Shown here: positions 33,896 through 43,106 of the stretch, piece after piece
Layout: every line of letters begins with the position of its first letter
Position numbering within the stretch: the stretch's first letter is position 1
IMG/VR virus record: IMGVR_UViG_3300042402_003952
Origin: a virus
Lineage: Duplodnaviria; Caudoviricetes
DNA length: 64,000 nt
Reading direction: 5' to 3' (one strand)
Translations under genes and position numbers: made by a program
The notes under the pieces: generated by a model
What the model saw: the letters and a program-made list of their open reading frames with translations, nothing else
What the model was told of the DNA's origin: nothing
Database searches by the model: none

Positions 33896-36397
33896 ATGAA
33901 ATTAATAGATCCTTTAGCACAAACTTTTTATGTAGAACCTGATAGTGGTATTTTTGTAACCTCACTTGATTTATATTTTTATTCTCGTGATCAAGAATTG
34001 CCAGTAACAGTTCAACTCAGACCTGTGCAACTTGGACAACCAACAGATCAGATTTATCCATTTGGCGAAGTTGTAATTGAACCATCCGATGTTATTATTT
34101 CTGAGGATGCGTCTTTACCAACTAGAGTTACTTTTGACTCTCCGGTGTACCTTGCAGGAAAACAATTTCATTCAATAGCAATACTTTCAAACTCTAGTTC
34201 TTATTCTGTTTGGATTTCTAGAATTTCCGAATTTGATGTAAGTACTACTACATTATCAGAGTCTCAACAAACATTAGTAACTAAACAACCTTCAAGCGGT
34301 TCTCTATTTAAGTCACAAAATGGATCTACTTGGAATCCAAGCCAATTAGAAGATTTAAAATTTAAACTTTACAGAGCAGATTTTGTTAGTAGCGGAAATA
34401 TAAATTTTTATAATCCAAACTTAAGCGTAGGAAATGATCAAATTGCTACTTTAGTAAAAGATTCTTTAGAAGTTAATTCTAAAAAAATCAAAGTAGGAAT
34501 TGGAACCACAATTGCAACAGCAAATCTTCCTACTTTAGGAAACACTATTATCCAACAAAATAGTAATGCAACTGGTAATTTTGTTGGATATGCTGGATCT
34601 GCATTTAGCACCTTAGGAATTATAAATGCAGGAATTGGATACACTCCCTCTTCTGGAACGTTTGTTTTTTCTAATGTTTCTTTAGATAGTGTAACTGGAA
34701 GTGGTAGAGATGCAAGAGCAAATATAACTATCTCTAATGGAGTTGCAGTAGCCGCTACAATTTCTAACGGAGGAACCGGATATTCTGCTGGTGATGTTCT
34801 TGGAATTACCACTATAGGATCACAAAATTTAGGAAGAAATCTAAGATTATCAGTATCTCAAATTTCTGGAGTAAACGAACTAATAATTGATCAAGTTCAA
34901 GGAGAATATGTAACTGGAGTTGGAAACACTGTTAGGTACATTAATAACCTTGGAATATCTACTGACTTAAATAGAACTGGAGCAAACGTAATCATCCCAA
35001 CAGGTGGAATTACAGAAATCTCCGATGGTTTACATATTAAAGTAAACCATAAAAATCACGGAATGAACTCAGTTCAAAACTTAGTTACTATTAGTAATGT
35101 TACATCAGATTTAAAACCAACAAAACTTTTCTTAGATTATACTGCTGCTTCAACTGGCAATATTTCAATTGAAAGTACACAAATAGCAAATTTTGATACA
35201 TTTGAAAATGTTTCTGTTGGAGCAACAAATCCAGGTTATGTTTTAATTGAAAGTGAAATTATTTCTTATACTGGCATAAATTCCACATCATCTCCTCCAC
35301 AACTCACAGGAATTACAAGAGGAGTAGATCAAACAAAATCGTTTGGTTATGTTGCAGGAACACTAGTGTACAAATATGAGTTGTCAGGAGTTTCTCTAAG
35401 AAGAATTAATAAAACTCATAATCTGGAAGATGTAACGATTTCAAATCCAAGAGATTTAGATTACTATCATATTAAATTAGACATGACTGATCAAAGTTCT
35501 ACTATGGTCAATAGATCTTTATCAGTTGGATATCCAAAATTATTTTTAAATGAAACAAAATCAACTGGGGGATCTTCTGCGAATGCAACGCAAAATATTC
35601 CTTTTGAAATAATCAAACCTATTGTTCAGACTATGACACTTAGAGGTACAAATATTAATGCCTCAATGAGAACCGTGAGTGGAACTAGTATTGGTGGAAA
35701 TGAAATATCTTTCTTAGATCAGGGATTTGAGCCAATTAATCTAAATGCAACTAACTATTTGACCTCACCAAGAGTAATTTCTTCAAAGATTAATGAAACT
35801 TCAAAACTCACCAATCTGCCTGCAAATAAGTCATTCACATTAAATCTTAACTTATCAACAACAAATTCATATCTATCTCCAGTTATTGACCTTGATAGAG
35901 TTGGTATGATATTTACGACTAACAGAGTTAATAAAGCAATTGAAAATTATGCAACGGATGACAGAGTATCTACATTGAAAGATGATCCTTCTTCTTTCGT
36001 TTATGCTACTAAACCTATAGCATTGGAGACTCCAGCATCATCAATCAAAGTTTATATGAGTGCCTATGTAAACACTCAAAATGACATTAGATGTTTCTAT
36101 TCCATTACTGACGATCCAAATTCAGATCTAATATACTATCCATTCCCAGGATATACTAATCTAACAACAAATGGTGATATTATTAACTTATCTGATAGCA
36201 ATGGATTACCAGATAAATCTATTTCAAAAACAGATGTAATTGGTTTTGATAGTGATGTTTTAGATTTTAGAGAGTATGAATTTACTATTGATAATTTACC
36301 AAACTTTAGATATTTTGGAATTAAACTTGTAGGAACTGCTACAAACCAAGCATATCCACCAAGAATTAAAGACCTAAGAGTGATTGCATTGGCATGA
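33896..36397 (+). CDS. virion structural protein (833 aa), VrlC C-terminal-like partner
   Basis: IDPLAQTF...GIFVTSLDLYF, GSLFKSQNGSTW, DLKFKLYRADF, PPRIKDLRVIALA. Confidence 0.85.
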   Translation: MKLIDPLAQTFYVEPDSGIFVTSLDLYFYSRDQELPVTVQLRPVQLGQPTDQIYPFGEVVIEPSDVIISEDASLPTRVTFDSPVYLAGKQFHSIAILSNSSSYSVWISRISEFDVSTTTLSESQQTLVTKQPSSGSLFKSQNGSTWNPSQLEDLKFKLYRADFVSSGNINFYNPNLSVGNDQIATLVKDSLEVNSKKIKVGIGTTIATANLPTLGNTIIQQNSNATGNFVGYAGSAFSTLGIINAGIGYTPSSGTFVFSNVSLDSVTGSGRDARANITISNGVAVAATISNGGTGYSAGDVLGITTIGSQNLGRNLRLSVSQISGVNELIIDQVQGEYVTGVGNTVRYINNLGISTDLNRTGANVIIPTGGITEISDGLHIKVNHKNHGMNSVQNLVTISNVTSDLKPTKLFLDYTAASTGNISIESTQIANFDTFENVSVGATNPGYVLIESEIISYTGINSTSSPPQLTGITRGVDQTKSFGYVAGTLVYKYELSGVSLRRINKTHNLEDVTISNPRDLDYYHIKLDMTDQSSTMVNRSLSVGYPKLFLNETKSTGGSSANATQNIPFEIIKPIVQTMTLRGTNINASMRTVSGTSIGGNEISFLDQGFEPINLNATNYLTSPRVISSKINETSKLTNLPANKSFTLNLNLSTTNSYLSPVIDLDRVGMIFTTNRVNKAIENYATDDRVSTLKDDPSSFVYATKPIALETPASSIKVYMSAYVNTQNDIRCFYSITDDPNSDLIYYPFPGYTNLTTNGDIINLSDSNGLPDKSISKTDVIGFDSDVLDFREYEFTIDNLPNFRYFGIKLVGTATNQAYPPRIKDLRVIALA

Positions 36398-36398
36398 T

Positions 36399-36626
36399 AT
36401 GGAACACTCCAGAATTGATGGATACTCAAATTTAATCCGCGATGAAGAAACCAAAGCAGTTATTAATACTAGTATGACTGAGTATAATTCATATATGTCT
36501 CAGAAAAGGATTAAAGAAAAAGAAAATCAGAAAATACAAAATCTTGAGCAAGATCTTTCTAGTATGAAAGATGATTTAGATGAAATTAAAGTCTTATTAA
36601 GGAGTTTATTAAATGAATCCAAATGA
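36399..36626 (+). CDS. conserved hypothetical coiled-coil protein (75 aa)
   Basis: In-frame ATG at 36399; LIRDEETKAVINT...LDEIKVLLRSL. Confidence 0.8.
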   Translation: MEHSRIDGYSNLIRDEETKAVINTSMTEYNSYMSQKRIKEKENQKIQNLEQDLSSMKDDLDEIKVLLRSLLNESK

Positions 36627-36777
36627 CATATCTCTTGAAGATCTTAGTAAAAATTTTGAATATTTCAAAATTTCTGCAGAGATAGATAATATAACTGATA
36701 TTGAAGAAGCAAAAACTCTTGCAAAATGTTATTTTAAACTTTATTTAAAACAGCAAGAAGTTATTTCTAAATTCTAA
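36613..36777 (+). CDS. NblA-like small protein (54 aa), not in ORF track
   Basis: MNPNDISLEDLSKNFEYFKISAEIDNITDIEEAKTLAKCYFKLYLKQQEVISKF; size and hydrophobic pattern resemble NblA; overlaps both neighbours. Confidence 0.5.
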   Translation: MNPNDISLEDLSKNFEYFKISAEIDNITDIEEAKTLAKCYFKLYLKQQEVISKF

Positions 36778-37163
36778 TGGCAAAGCACACAATCACATTT
36801 GATCCAGAAACTGGAGTTTCTTACGGTGTTAATTTAGTAATTAACACCGGATCTAACTTTAATGACTCTTTTACAGTACTAACAACATCAGGAAGTCCTT
36901 TTAACTTTACAAGTTGGACTGGATCTTCACAAATGGCAAAGAGTGTTTCAATAGGATCTTCTTCATATGCTGTTGCTACTTTTAACGTTGGTTTCACAAG
37001 TGCTGCTGGCGGAAGATTTAACATATCACTTGGATCTACTGCTACAAGAAATTTAAAAGAAGGTAGATATGTTTATGATATTTTAGTCAGTTCTGGTTCA
37101 ACAACATATAGAATTGCAGACGGAAATATTTTAGTTAGACCGGGAATTTCTTCCGCACTATAA
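36777..37163 (+). CDS. conserved virion-associated beta-sandwich protein (128 aa)
   Basis: NLVINTGSNF...GRYVYDILV motif; directly before gp13. Confidence 0.75.
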   Translation: MAKHTITFDPETGVSYGVNLVINTGSNFNDSFTVLTTSGSPFNFTSWTGSSQMAKSVSIGSSSYAVATFNVGFTSAAGGRFNISLGSTATRNLKEGRYVYDILVSSGSTTYRIADGNILVRPGISSAL

Positions 37164-37166
37164 ATA
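37159..37166 (+). promoter_or_regulatory. T4-type late promoter TATAAATA
   Basis: Exact consensus upstream of gp13. Confidence 0.8.
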
Positions 37167-37188
37167 TCTTTTAGGAATAAAAGAATAA

Positions 37189-38037
37189 ATGGCACAACCA
37201 TCTACTAGACAAGAACTTATTGATTATTGTAAGAGGAAACTTGGTGCTCCTGTTCTGGAAATTAATGTTGCAGATGAACAGATTGAAGATTTGGTAGATG
37301 ATGCTGTTCAATTTTTCCAGGAAAGACACTTTGATGGTGTTTATCCTGCCTTTTTTAAATATAAATTAACGCAGAATGATATTGATAGAGGTAGAGCAAG
37401 AGGAGGCAATGCTCCTGCAGTTGGAATTACTACAACAAGTGTAACTACCACTATTGCAGGGATTACCACTACTTTTAACTATGAGGAAAATGGAAACTAT
37501 TTACAAATGCCACCGTCTGTGATCGGAGTAAATAAAATATTTCTTTTTGATGGAGCAAATACTATTACTCACAACATGTTTAGTGTGAAGTATCAGTTAT
37601 TTTTAAATGATGTTTATTATTGGGGATCAACTGAACTTTTAACATATGCAATGGTAAAAACTTATCTTGAAGATCTTGATTTCCTATTGAATACTCAAAA
37701 GCAGATTAGATTTAACAAGAGACAAGATAGATTATATTTGGATATTGATTGGGCATCAGTTAGAGATGGGCAATATATTATTATTGATTGTTATTCAACA
37801 CTAGATCCAAATGATTATAGTAGAGTTTGGAATGATTCATTTATAAAACCATATCTAACTTCTCTGATTAAAAGGCAGTGGGGACAAAATATGATGAAAT
37901 TTACCGGAGTTAAACTTCCAGGTGGAGTTGAACTTAATGGAAGACAAATGTATGACGATGCTCAAAGAGAAATTGATGTTTTAATGGAAAAAATGTCTAA
38001 TACATATGAACTTCCCCCACTAGATATGATAGGATGA
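37189..38037 (+). CDS. gp13: neck protein gp13
   Basis: RQELIDYCKRKLGAPVLEINV, KRQWGQN...KF.GV.LPGGV.LNG. Confidence 0.95.
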   Translation: MAQPSTRQELIDYCKRKLGAPVLEINVADEQIEDLVDDAVQFFQERHFDGVYPAFFKYKLTQNDIDRGRARGGNAPAVGITTTSVTTTIAGITTTFNYEENGNYLQMPPSVIGVNKIFLFDGANTITHNMFSVKYQLFLNDVYYWGSTELLTYAMVKTYLEDLDFLLNTQKQIRFNKRQDRLYLDIDWASVRDGQYIIIDCYSTLDPNDYSRVWNDSFIKPYLTSLIKRQWGQNMMKFTGVKLPGGVELNGRQMYDDAQREIDVLMEKMSNTYELPPLDMIG

Positions 38038-38041
38038 TCAA

Positions 38042-39418
38042 ATGCTTAATCCATTTTTTCAGCAAGGATCTAAAAGTGAACAAGGTTTAATCCAAGACCT
38101 AATAAATGAGCAATTAAGAATGTATGGCGTTGAAATATATTATATTCCTAGGCAATATTTAACTAAAAAGACTGTAATAAGAGAAGTTATACAATCTAAA
38201 TTTGACAATGCATATCCAATAGAAGCATATGTGAACAGCTACGATGGATATAGTGGAGCAGGTACTATATTGTCAAAATTTGGAATTCAAGAACTAGATG
38301 ATCTGAGTTTGATTATCTCAAGAGAAAGATTTGAAACTTACATTTCTCCACTTATAAGAGATGTACCAAATATAGAATTATCTACTAGACCAAAAGAAGG
38401 AGATTTAGTTTATTTTCCTTTGGGTGATAGGTTGTTTGAAATAAAATATGTTGAACATGAACAACCTTTCTACCAGTTACAAAAGAACTATGTTTATGAA
38501 TTAAGATGCGAACTCTTTAGATACGAAGATGAGATTATTGATACTAATGTAGATGAAATTGATGATAATATTAAAGATCAAGGTTATATTCAAACACTGA
38601 CTTTGGTTGGATCAGGTGTAACTGCTTCTGCTTATACAAATATTGTAAATAGTGGAATAAGGTTTATTCGCATCACGAATAGAGGTGATGGATATACCTC
38701 AGTACCTAGAGTTGCAATATCTTCTGCTCCTGCTGGAGGAATTAATGCAGTTGGTGTTGCAACAATGATTGGAAATATTATTGATTGTAACGGAACTACT
38801 TCATTAAAAGTTCAAGGAGTTGAATTAGTTAATGTGGGATCTGGATATACGGTAGCACCGGGAGTAGTTTTTATTGGCGGTGGTGGATCTGGAGCTGCTG
38901 CAACTTCGGTAATTGGAGAGGGATTAGTAGGAGTAGTGACAATTACATCCGGTGGTTCTGGATATACTACTTCTCCAACAGTTACATTTACTGGTCCTGG
39001 AATTGGAACAACCGCTAAAGCATATGCTGTAGTAAGTTCTGCAGGAACTATTTCTCAAATAAGAATAATAGATGCTGGAATAGGATATACTGTAGCACCA
39101 ACAATTACCATAGAGTCTCCATTTACAGGCGGAACAGGAACCTATCAATTTAATGAAATAATTACCGGATCAGTAAGTGGAGCAACTGCAAGAGTCAACT
39201 CCTGGAATAGTGTGACTAATGAACTTCAAATATTTGTAATATCTGGAACTTTTAAATCAGGAGATGTAATAGTTGGATCTGCAAGTAGTGCATCATATAA
39301 ATTAAATACTATTAACACAGATAATATAGTAGATCCTTACGCGGAAAATGATGTTATAGAAAGCGAAGCAGATTCAATAATTGATTTTACTGAAAAAAAT
39401 CCTTTTGGTACTCCATAA
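38042..39418 (+). CDS. gp14: neck protein gp14 with inserted repeat domain
   Basis: LNPFF...EQ.LIQDL..EQ..MYG, RPKEGDLVYFPL, FEIKYVEHEQPFYQL, DFTEKNPFG. Confidence 0.93.
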   Translation: MLNPFFQQGSKSEQGLIQDLINEQLRMYGVEIYYIPRQYLTKKTVIREVIQSKFDNAYPIEAYVNSYDGYSGAGTILSKFGIQELDDLSLIISRERFETYISPLIRDVPNIELSTRPKEGDLVYFPLGDRLFEIKYVEHEQPFYQLQKNYVYELRCELFRYEDEIIDTNVDEIDDNIKDQGYIQTLTLVGSGVTASAYTNIVNSGIRFIRITNRGDGYTSVPRVAISSAPAGGINAVGVATMIGNIIDCNGTTSLKVQGVELVNVGSGYTVAPGVVFIGGGGSGAAATSVIGEGLVGVVTITSGGSGYTTSPTVTFTGPGIGTTAKAYAVVSSAGTISQIRIIDAGIGYTVAPTITIESPFTGGTGTYQFNEIITGSVSGATARVNSWNSVTNELQIFVISGTFKSGDVIVGSASSASYKLNTINTDNIVDPYAENDVIESEADSIIDFTEKNPFGTP

Positions 39419-39443
39419 ATAGTATATCTAATTTTTTCTAATA

Positions 39444-40445
39444 ATGTTTGAGTATTTTTATCACGAGATATTAAGAAGAACAGTAATTTCTTTTGGTTCT
39501 TTATTCAATAATATCTCAATTAAACATACAGACAACAGTGGAAATGTTGTTAGTGTTATAAAAGTACCTTTTGCATACGGTCCTACTCAAAAATTCTTGG
39601 CCAGACTAGAACAGTCTCCAAATTTAAATAAACCAGTTCAGATGACTTTGCCTAGAATGTCATTTGAACTGGTTGGTTTATCATATGATCCTACCAGAAA
39701 AGCCACTACAACTCAATCATTCCTAACTACATCTTCAACAAACAAAACTCAAGAAAAAAAGGCATATTTGCCTGTTCCATATAACCTTGATTTTGAGTTG
39801 AGTATAATGACAAAATTGAATGATGATATGCTCCAAATTATAGAGCAAATTATACCATATTTCCAACCAGCATATACAATCAGTATTGATTTAGTAAAAG
39901 AGATTGGAGAGAAGAGAGATATACCTGTTATTCTAAACAGCATTTCAATGTCTGATGATTATGAAGGTGATTTTTCAACTAGGAGAGCACTAATTTATAC
40001 ATTGAGATTTACTGCAAAAACTTATCTGTTTGGACCTATTTCTACTGCTTCTTCAGATGTTATCAAAAAAGTTTCTATTGGTCTTGTTGCAGGAGATTCA
40101 ACCAAAACACCAACGAGAGAGGTTGTGTATACAGTAGAACCAAGAGCAACAAAGAATTATACTGGAACTATCACTACAACTCTTTCAAAAGATATATCTT
40201 TATCTGATACTCTAGTAGAAGTTGTAGATGCATCCAATATTCCAGAAAATACATACATATATGTTGATGAAGAAGAAATGTATGTTGATTCTAAAGCAGG
40301 AAATCTTCTTACTGTTAAAAGAGGATCAGATGAAACAATTGCAGCACCTCATGTTTTAGGATCATCTGTTAAGAAAATTACAACCGAAGATAATGATCTC
40401 ATAGAAGTTGGCGATGATTTTGGATTTAGTGGTACATTATCATGA
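39444..40445 (+). CDS. gp15: tail sheath stabiliser/terminator gp15
   Basis: YFYHEILRRTVISFGSLFN, VPFAYGP.QKFL, LPRMSFE, EQIIPYFQP. Confidence 0.95.
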   Translation: MFEYFYHEILRRTVISFGSLFNNISIKHTDNSGNVVSVIKVPFAYGPTQKFLARLEQSPNLNKPVQMTLPRMSFELVGLSYDPTRKATTTQSFLTTSSTNKTQEKKAYLPVPYNLDFELSIMTKLNDDMLQIIEQIIPYFQPAYTISIDLVKEIGEKRDIPVILNSISMSDDYEGDFSTRRALIYTLRFTAKTYLFGPISTASSDVIKKVSIGLVAGDSTKTPTREVVYTVEPRATKNYTGTITTTLSKDISLSDTLVEVVDASNIPENTYIYVDEEEMYVDSKAGNLLTVKRGSDETIAAPHVLGSSVKKITTEDNDLIEVGDDFGFSGTLS

Positions 40446-40879
40446 AAATGACAAAGAAATTTAAAGACCTAAACGATACCTTCAATGTTTCCGACGAAAA
40501 TGTTGAAATTATATCTAGTCCCGAAATTATTGAGGAAAAAATTCAAAAAGCAGATACTATTGGCAATGAAATAAAAAAAGATTATGAATATACTAGAGGA
40601 AATTTATACTCTTTAATTGAAAAGGGTCAAGAGGCAATTAATGGAATATTGGAACTGGCTCAAGAAAGTGAGATGCCTAGAGCATATGAAGTAGCTGGTC
40701 AATTAATTAAAAATGTTGCTGACGCAACAGATAAACTAATGGATCTTCAAAAGAAGTTAAAAGATATTGAAGAGGATAGGTCATCAAAATCTCCAACAAA
40801 TGTAACAAATGCATTGTTTGTTGGATCGACATCCGAACTTGCAAAATTATTAAAAAATCAAGATCTAAAAAATCAGTGA
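40442..40879 (+). CDS. gp16: terminase small subunit gp16
   Basis: DYEYTRGNLY, ESEMPRAYEVAGQLIK, NALFVGSTSEL. Confidence 0.92.
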   Translation: MKMTKKFKDLNDTFNVSDENVEIISSPEIIEEKIQKADTIGNEIKKDYEYTRGNLYSLIEKGQEAINGILELAQESEMPRAYEVAGQLIKNVADATDKLMDLQKKLKDIEEDRSSKSPTNVTNALFVGSTSELAKLLKNQDLKNQ

Positions 40880-40923
40880 TTTTTTCTTAAAATAAATACT
40901 CTTATATACAAAGTACGAAGTTA

Positions 40924-42954
40924 TTGAGAGAAATATCACTTTTAAATATGGGAAAAAAAGTACTATCTCCATCAGAATTAATAGAACTTCGTGCTCGGCA
41001 AAAAGAAGAGGAAGAAATTTTTGCGGCAAAATTAAAAGAAGAAAATAAATTACAAGAAAAACTTAAAAGAATTTTATCTCCCAGCGATCTTCTAGATCCA
41101 AAACAAGAGTCTGAACCAGTAATAGAAGAAGTAATAGAGTTCATAGAAAAAATAAAAGATCCAATTGAGGTTCTTCATGAAAGAATTGAAGAGGTTTCTT
41201 CGACCATTAAAGAACCAAAGTACTATGATAAAGAAATCTCTCAAGTAAATACAGTAATTGAAGAGATTAAAAAAAGTATTCCAAAGGTCCCAGAAGTAAA
41301 ATATTACGACAGAGAGATTCAATCGATTATTGAAAAATTAGATTCTCTTGATATTCGTTATTACGAATCTGATATACAATTTATTAATGATAGATTAAAC
41401 AAACTTCGTGATTTTGATGTTAGAAACAATAAAGAGATAAGACTTGCTATTAGTAGAATAGTAGAGGATGTTGAAAAGTTTTATGAGTTGGAGATACTTG
41501 ATCCAAAAGAAACTCACAAGTATATTGATCTAATAAAAGAATCTTTTTATAAAAAAGTAGAAGATTTAAAATTACAACTTTCTGAAATTCCAGAAGTTAA
41601 GTATTATGATGATGAATTATTAGAACTCAAAGAAAAGATTGAATCCGTCAGAGTTTCTATTCCAAAAATTCCAGAAATTCCAGAAGTTAAGTATTATGAT
41701 GATGAATTATTAGAACTCAAAGAAAAGATTGAATCCGTCAGAGTTTCTATTCCAAAAATTCCAGAAATTCCAGAAGTTAAGTATTATGATGATGAATTAT
41801 TAGAACTCAAAGAAAAGATTGAATCCGTCAGAGTTTCTATTCCAAAAATTCCAGAAATTCCAGAAGTTAAGTATTATGATGATGAACTAAAGTGTATTAT
41901 TAACACTATTGAAGAAGTTCGTTCTAGTATTCCAGAACTTCCTGAAGTTCGTTATTATGAGAATGAAATTTTTAAATTAGAAGAATCTATTAAAGATGTT
42001 GAGACAAGACTTTCGAAGATTCACTATTATGATGAACAAATTAATGAGTTAAATGAGTCTATAAAAAATGTAGAGAATAAGATTCCGATAGTTCCTAAAT
42101 TTCCAAAAGTTAAGTACTACGATAATGAGATTTCTGAACTTAATAACATTCTTGAGAAAATTAAAAAAGACATTTATCAACTTCAAAAATCTGTTGATAA
42201 TATTGAGATTCCGGAACAAATAGATTGGTCTATTGAAATTGAAAATATTTATGAACAAATAGAAAAACTTAAAGAAGTTCCAGTTATTACAGAAAGCACC
42301 GATCCTCTTATTCCATTAGATCAAAATTTTGTAACTCTTGATGATCTTCAAAGTCACTATAAACTTTTTATCAATCGCATCCAACAACAACTTTCTACTT
42401 TAGGTGGTGGTGGAGAAACGCGATTAGAATTTCTTGATGATATTGATAGAAATACAGCCAAAACAAATAACTATTATCTAAAATATGATGCATCTTTAGA
42501 TAAATGGGTTGGTGACGCTGGAAGTGGAGGTGGTGGAGGAGGTTCTCAGACTTTAGATCAAACACTATTACTTGGCAACACATCATCTCTAGGAATGAAT
42601 GTTGGAATAGTTACTGCAACTTCTTTTGTTTTGAATGGCGGAACTATATCCTCAGGAGTTGTTACAACCACTTCAATATCAGAAACTACAATAGTATCTT
42701 TGAACTCTTCAATTTACAGATCTGCCACATATCAAATACAAATCACTGACGGAACTAATTATAATATGACATCAATCAATGTAATTCATGATGGAACTAC
42801 AACTTATATGACAGAATATGGAACCATCAACCAACCGATTGGAATTGCTACATTCTCAACTGATATTAATTCTGGATCACTAAGACTTCTTGCATATCCT
42901 AGTTCTACTAATAATACAACTTTTAAAGTTATTTTGACCTCAATATCCATATGA
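40924..42954 (+). CDS. repeat-containing coiled-coil protein (PEVKYYD repeats) with C-terminal beta domain
   Basis: 676-aa ORF (TTG start; ATG at 40948 possible); multiple PEVKYYDxE heptad units; QQQLSTLGGGGE..LEFLDD motif. Confidence 0.8.
   Translation: MREISLLNMGKKVLSPSELIELRARQKEEEEIFAAKLKEENKLQEKLKRILSPSDLLDPKQESEPVIEEVIEFIEKIKDPIEVLHERIEEVSSTIKEPKYYDKEISQVNTVIEEIKKSIPKVPEVKYYDREIQSIIEKLDSLDIRYYESDIQFINDRLNKLRDFDVRNNKEIRLAISRIVEDVEKFYELEILDPKETHKYIDLIKESFYKKVEDLKLQLSEIPEVKYYDDELLELKEKIESVRVSIPKIPEIPEVKYYDDELLELKEKIESVRVSIPKIPEIPEVKYYDDELLELKEKIESVRVSIPKIPEIPEVKYYDDELKCIINTIEEVRSSIPELPEVRYYENEIFKLEESIKDVETRLSKIHYYDEQINELNESIKNVENKIPIVPKFPKVKYYDNEISELNNILEKIKKDIYQLQKSVDNIEIPEQIDWSIEIENIYEQIEKLKEVPVITESTDPLIPLDQNFVTLDDLQSHYKLFINRIQQQLSTLGGGGETRLEFLDDIDRNTAKTNNYYLKYDASLDKWVGDAGSGGGGGGSQTLDQTLLLGNTSSLGMNVGIVTATSFVLNGGTISSGVVTTTSISETTIVSLNSSIYRSATYQIQITDGTNYNMTSINVIHDGTTTYMTEYGTINQPIGIATFSTDINSGSLRLLAYPSSTNNTTFKVILTSISI
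41584..41886 (+). repeat. perfect 90-bp tandem repeat (~3.4 copies) within CDS
   Basis: GAAATTCCAGAAGTTAAGTATTATGATGATGAA recurs at 41584, 41674, 41764, 41854. Confidence 0.95.
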
Positions 42955-43106
42955 AAACTTTCAAACAGTTTCAAGAAGAGTGGAGTAATAAATATAAAAA
43001 GAGTATTGACTGCTCAAATCCAAAAGGATTTTCTCAACGTGCTCACTGTGCAGCGAGAAGGAAAAGAGCGAAAGGTGAAGAGACTAAATCAAACCCAGTT
43101 GAGTAA
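42951..43106 (+). CDS. putative internal head protein (51 aa, MKTFKQFQEEWSNKYKKSIDCSNPKGFSQRAHC...), not in ORF track
   Basis: Hand-translated; N-terminus resembles the T4 capsid-targeting sequence; overlaps both neighbours. Confidence 0.75.
   Translation: MKTFKQFQEEWSNKYKKSIDCSNPKGFSQRAHCAARRKRAKGEETKSNPVE

Noticed and set aside
12255-39943. Numerous 60-125 aa minus-strand ORFs inside structural genes
   Set aside because: Expected antisense open frames from Ser/Thr/Gly/Val-rich coding sequence with biased third positions
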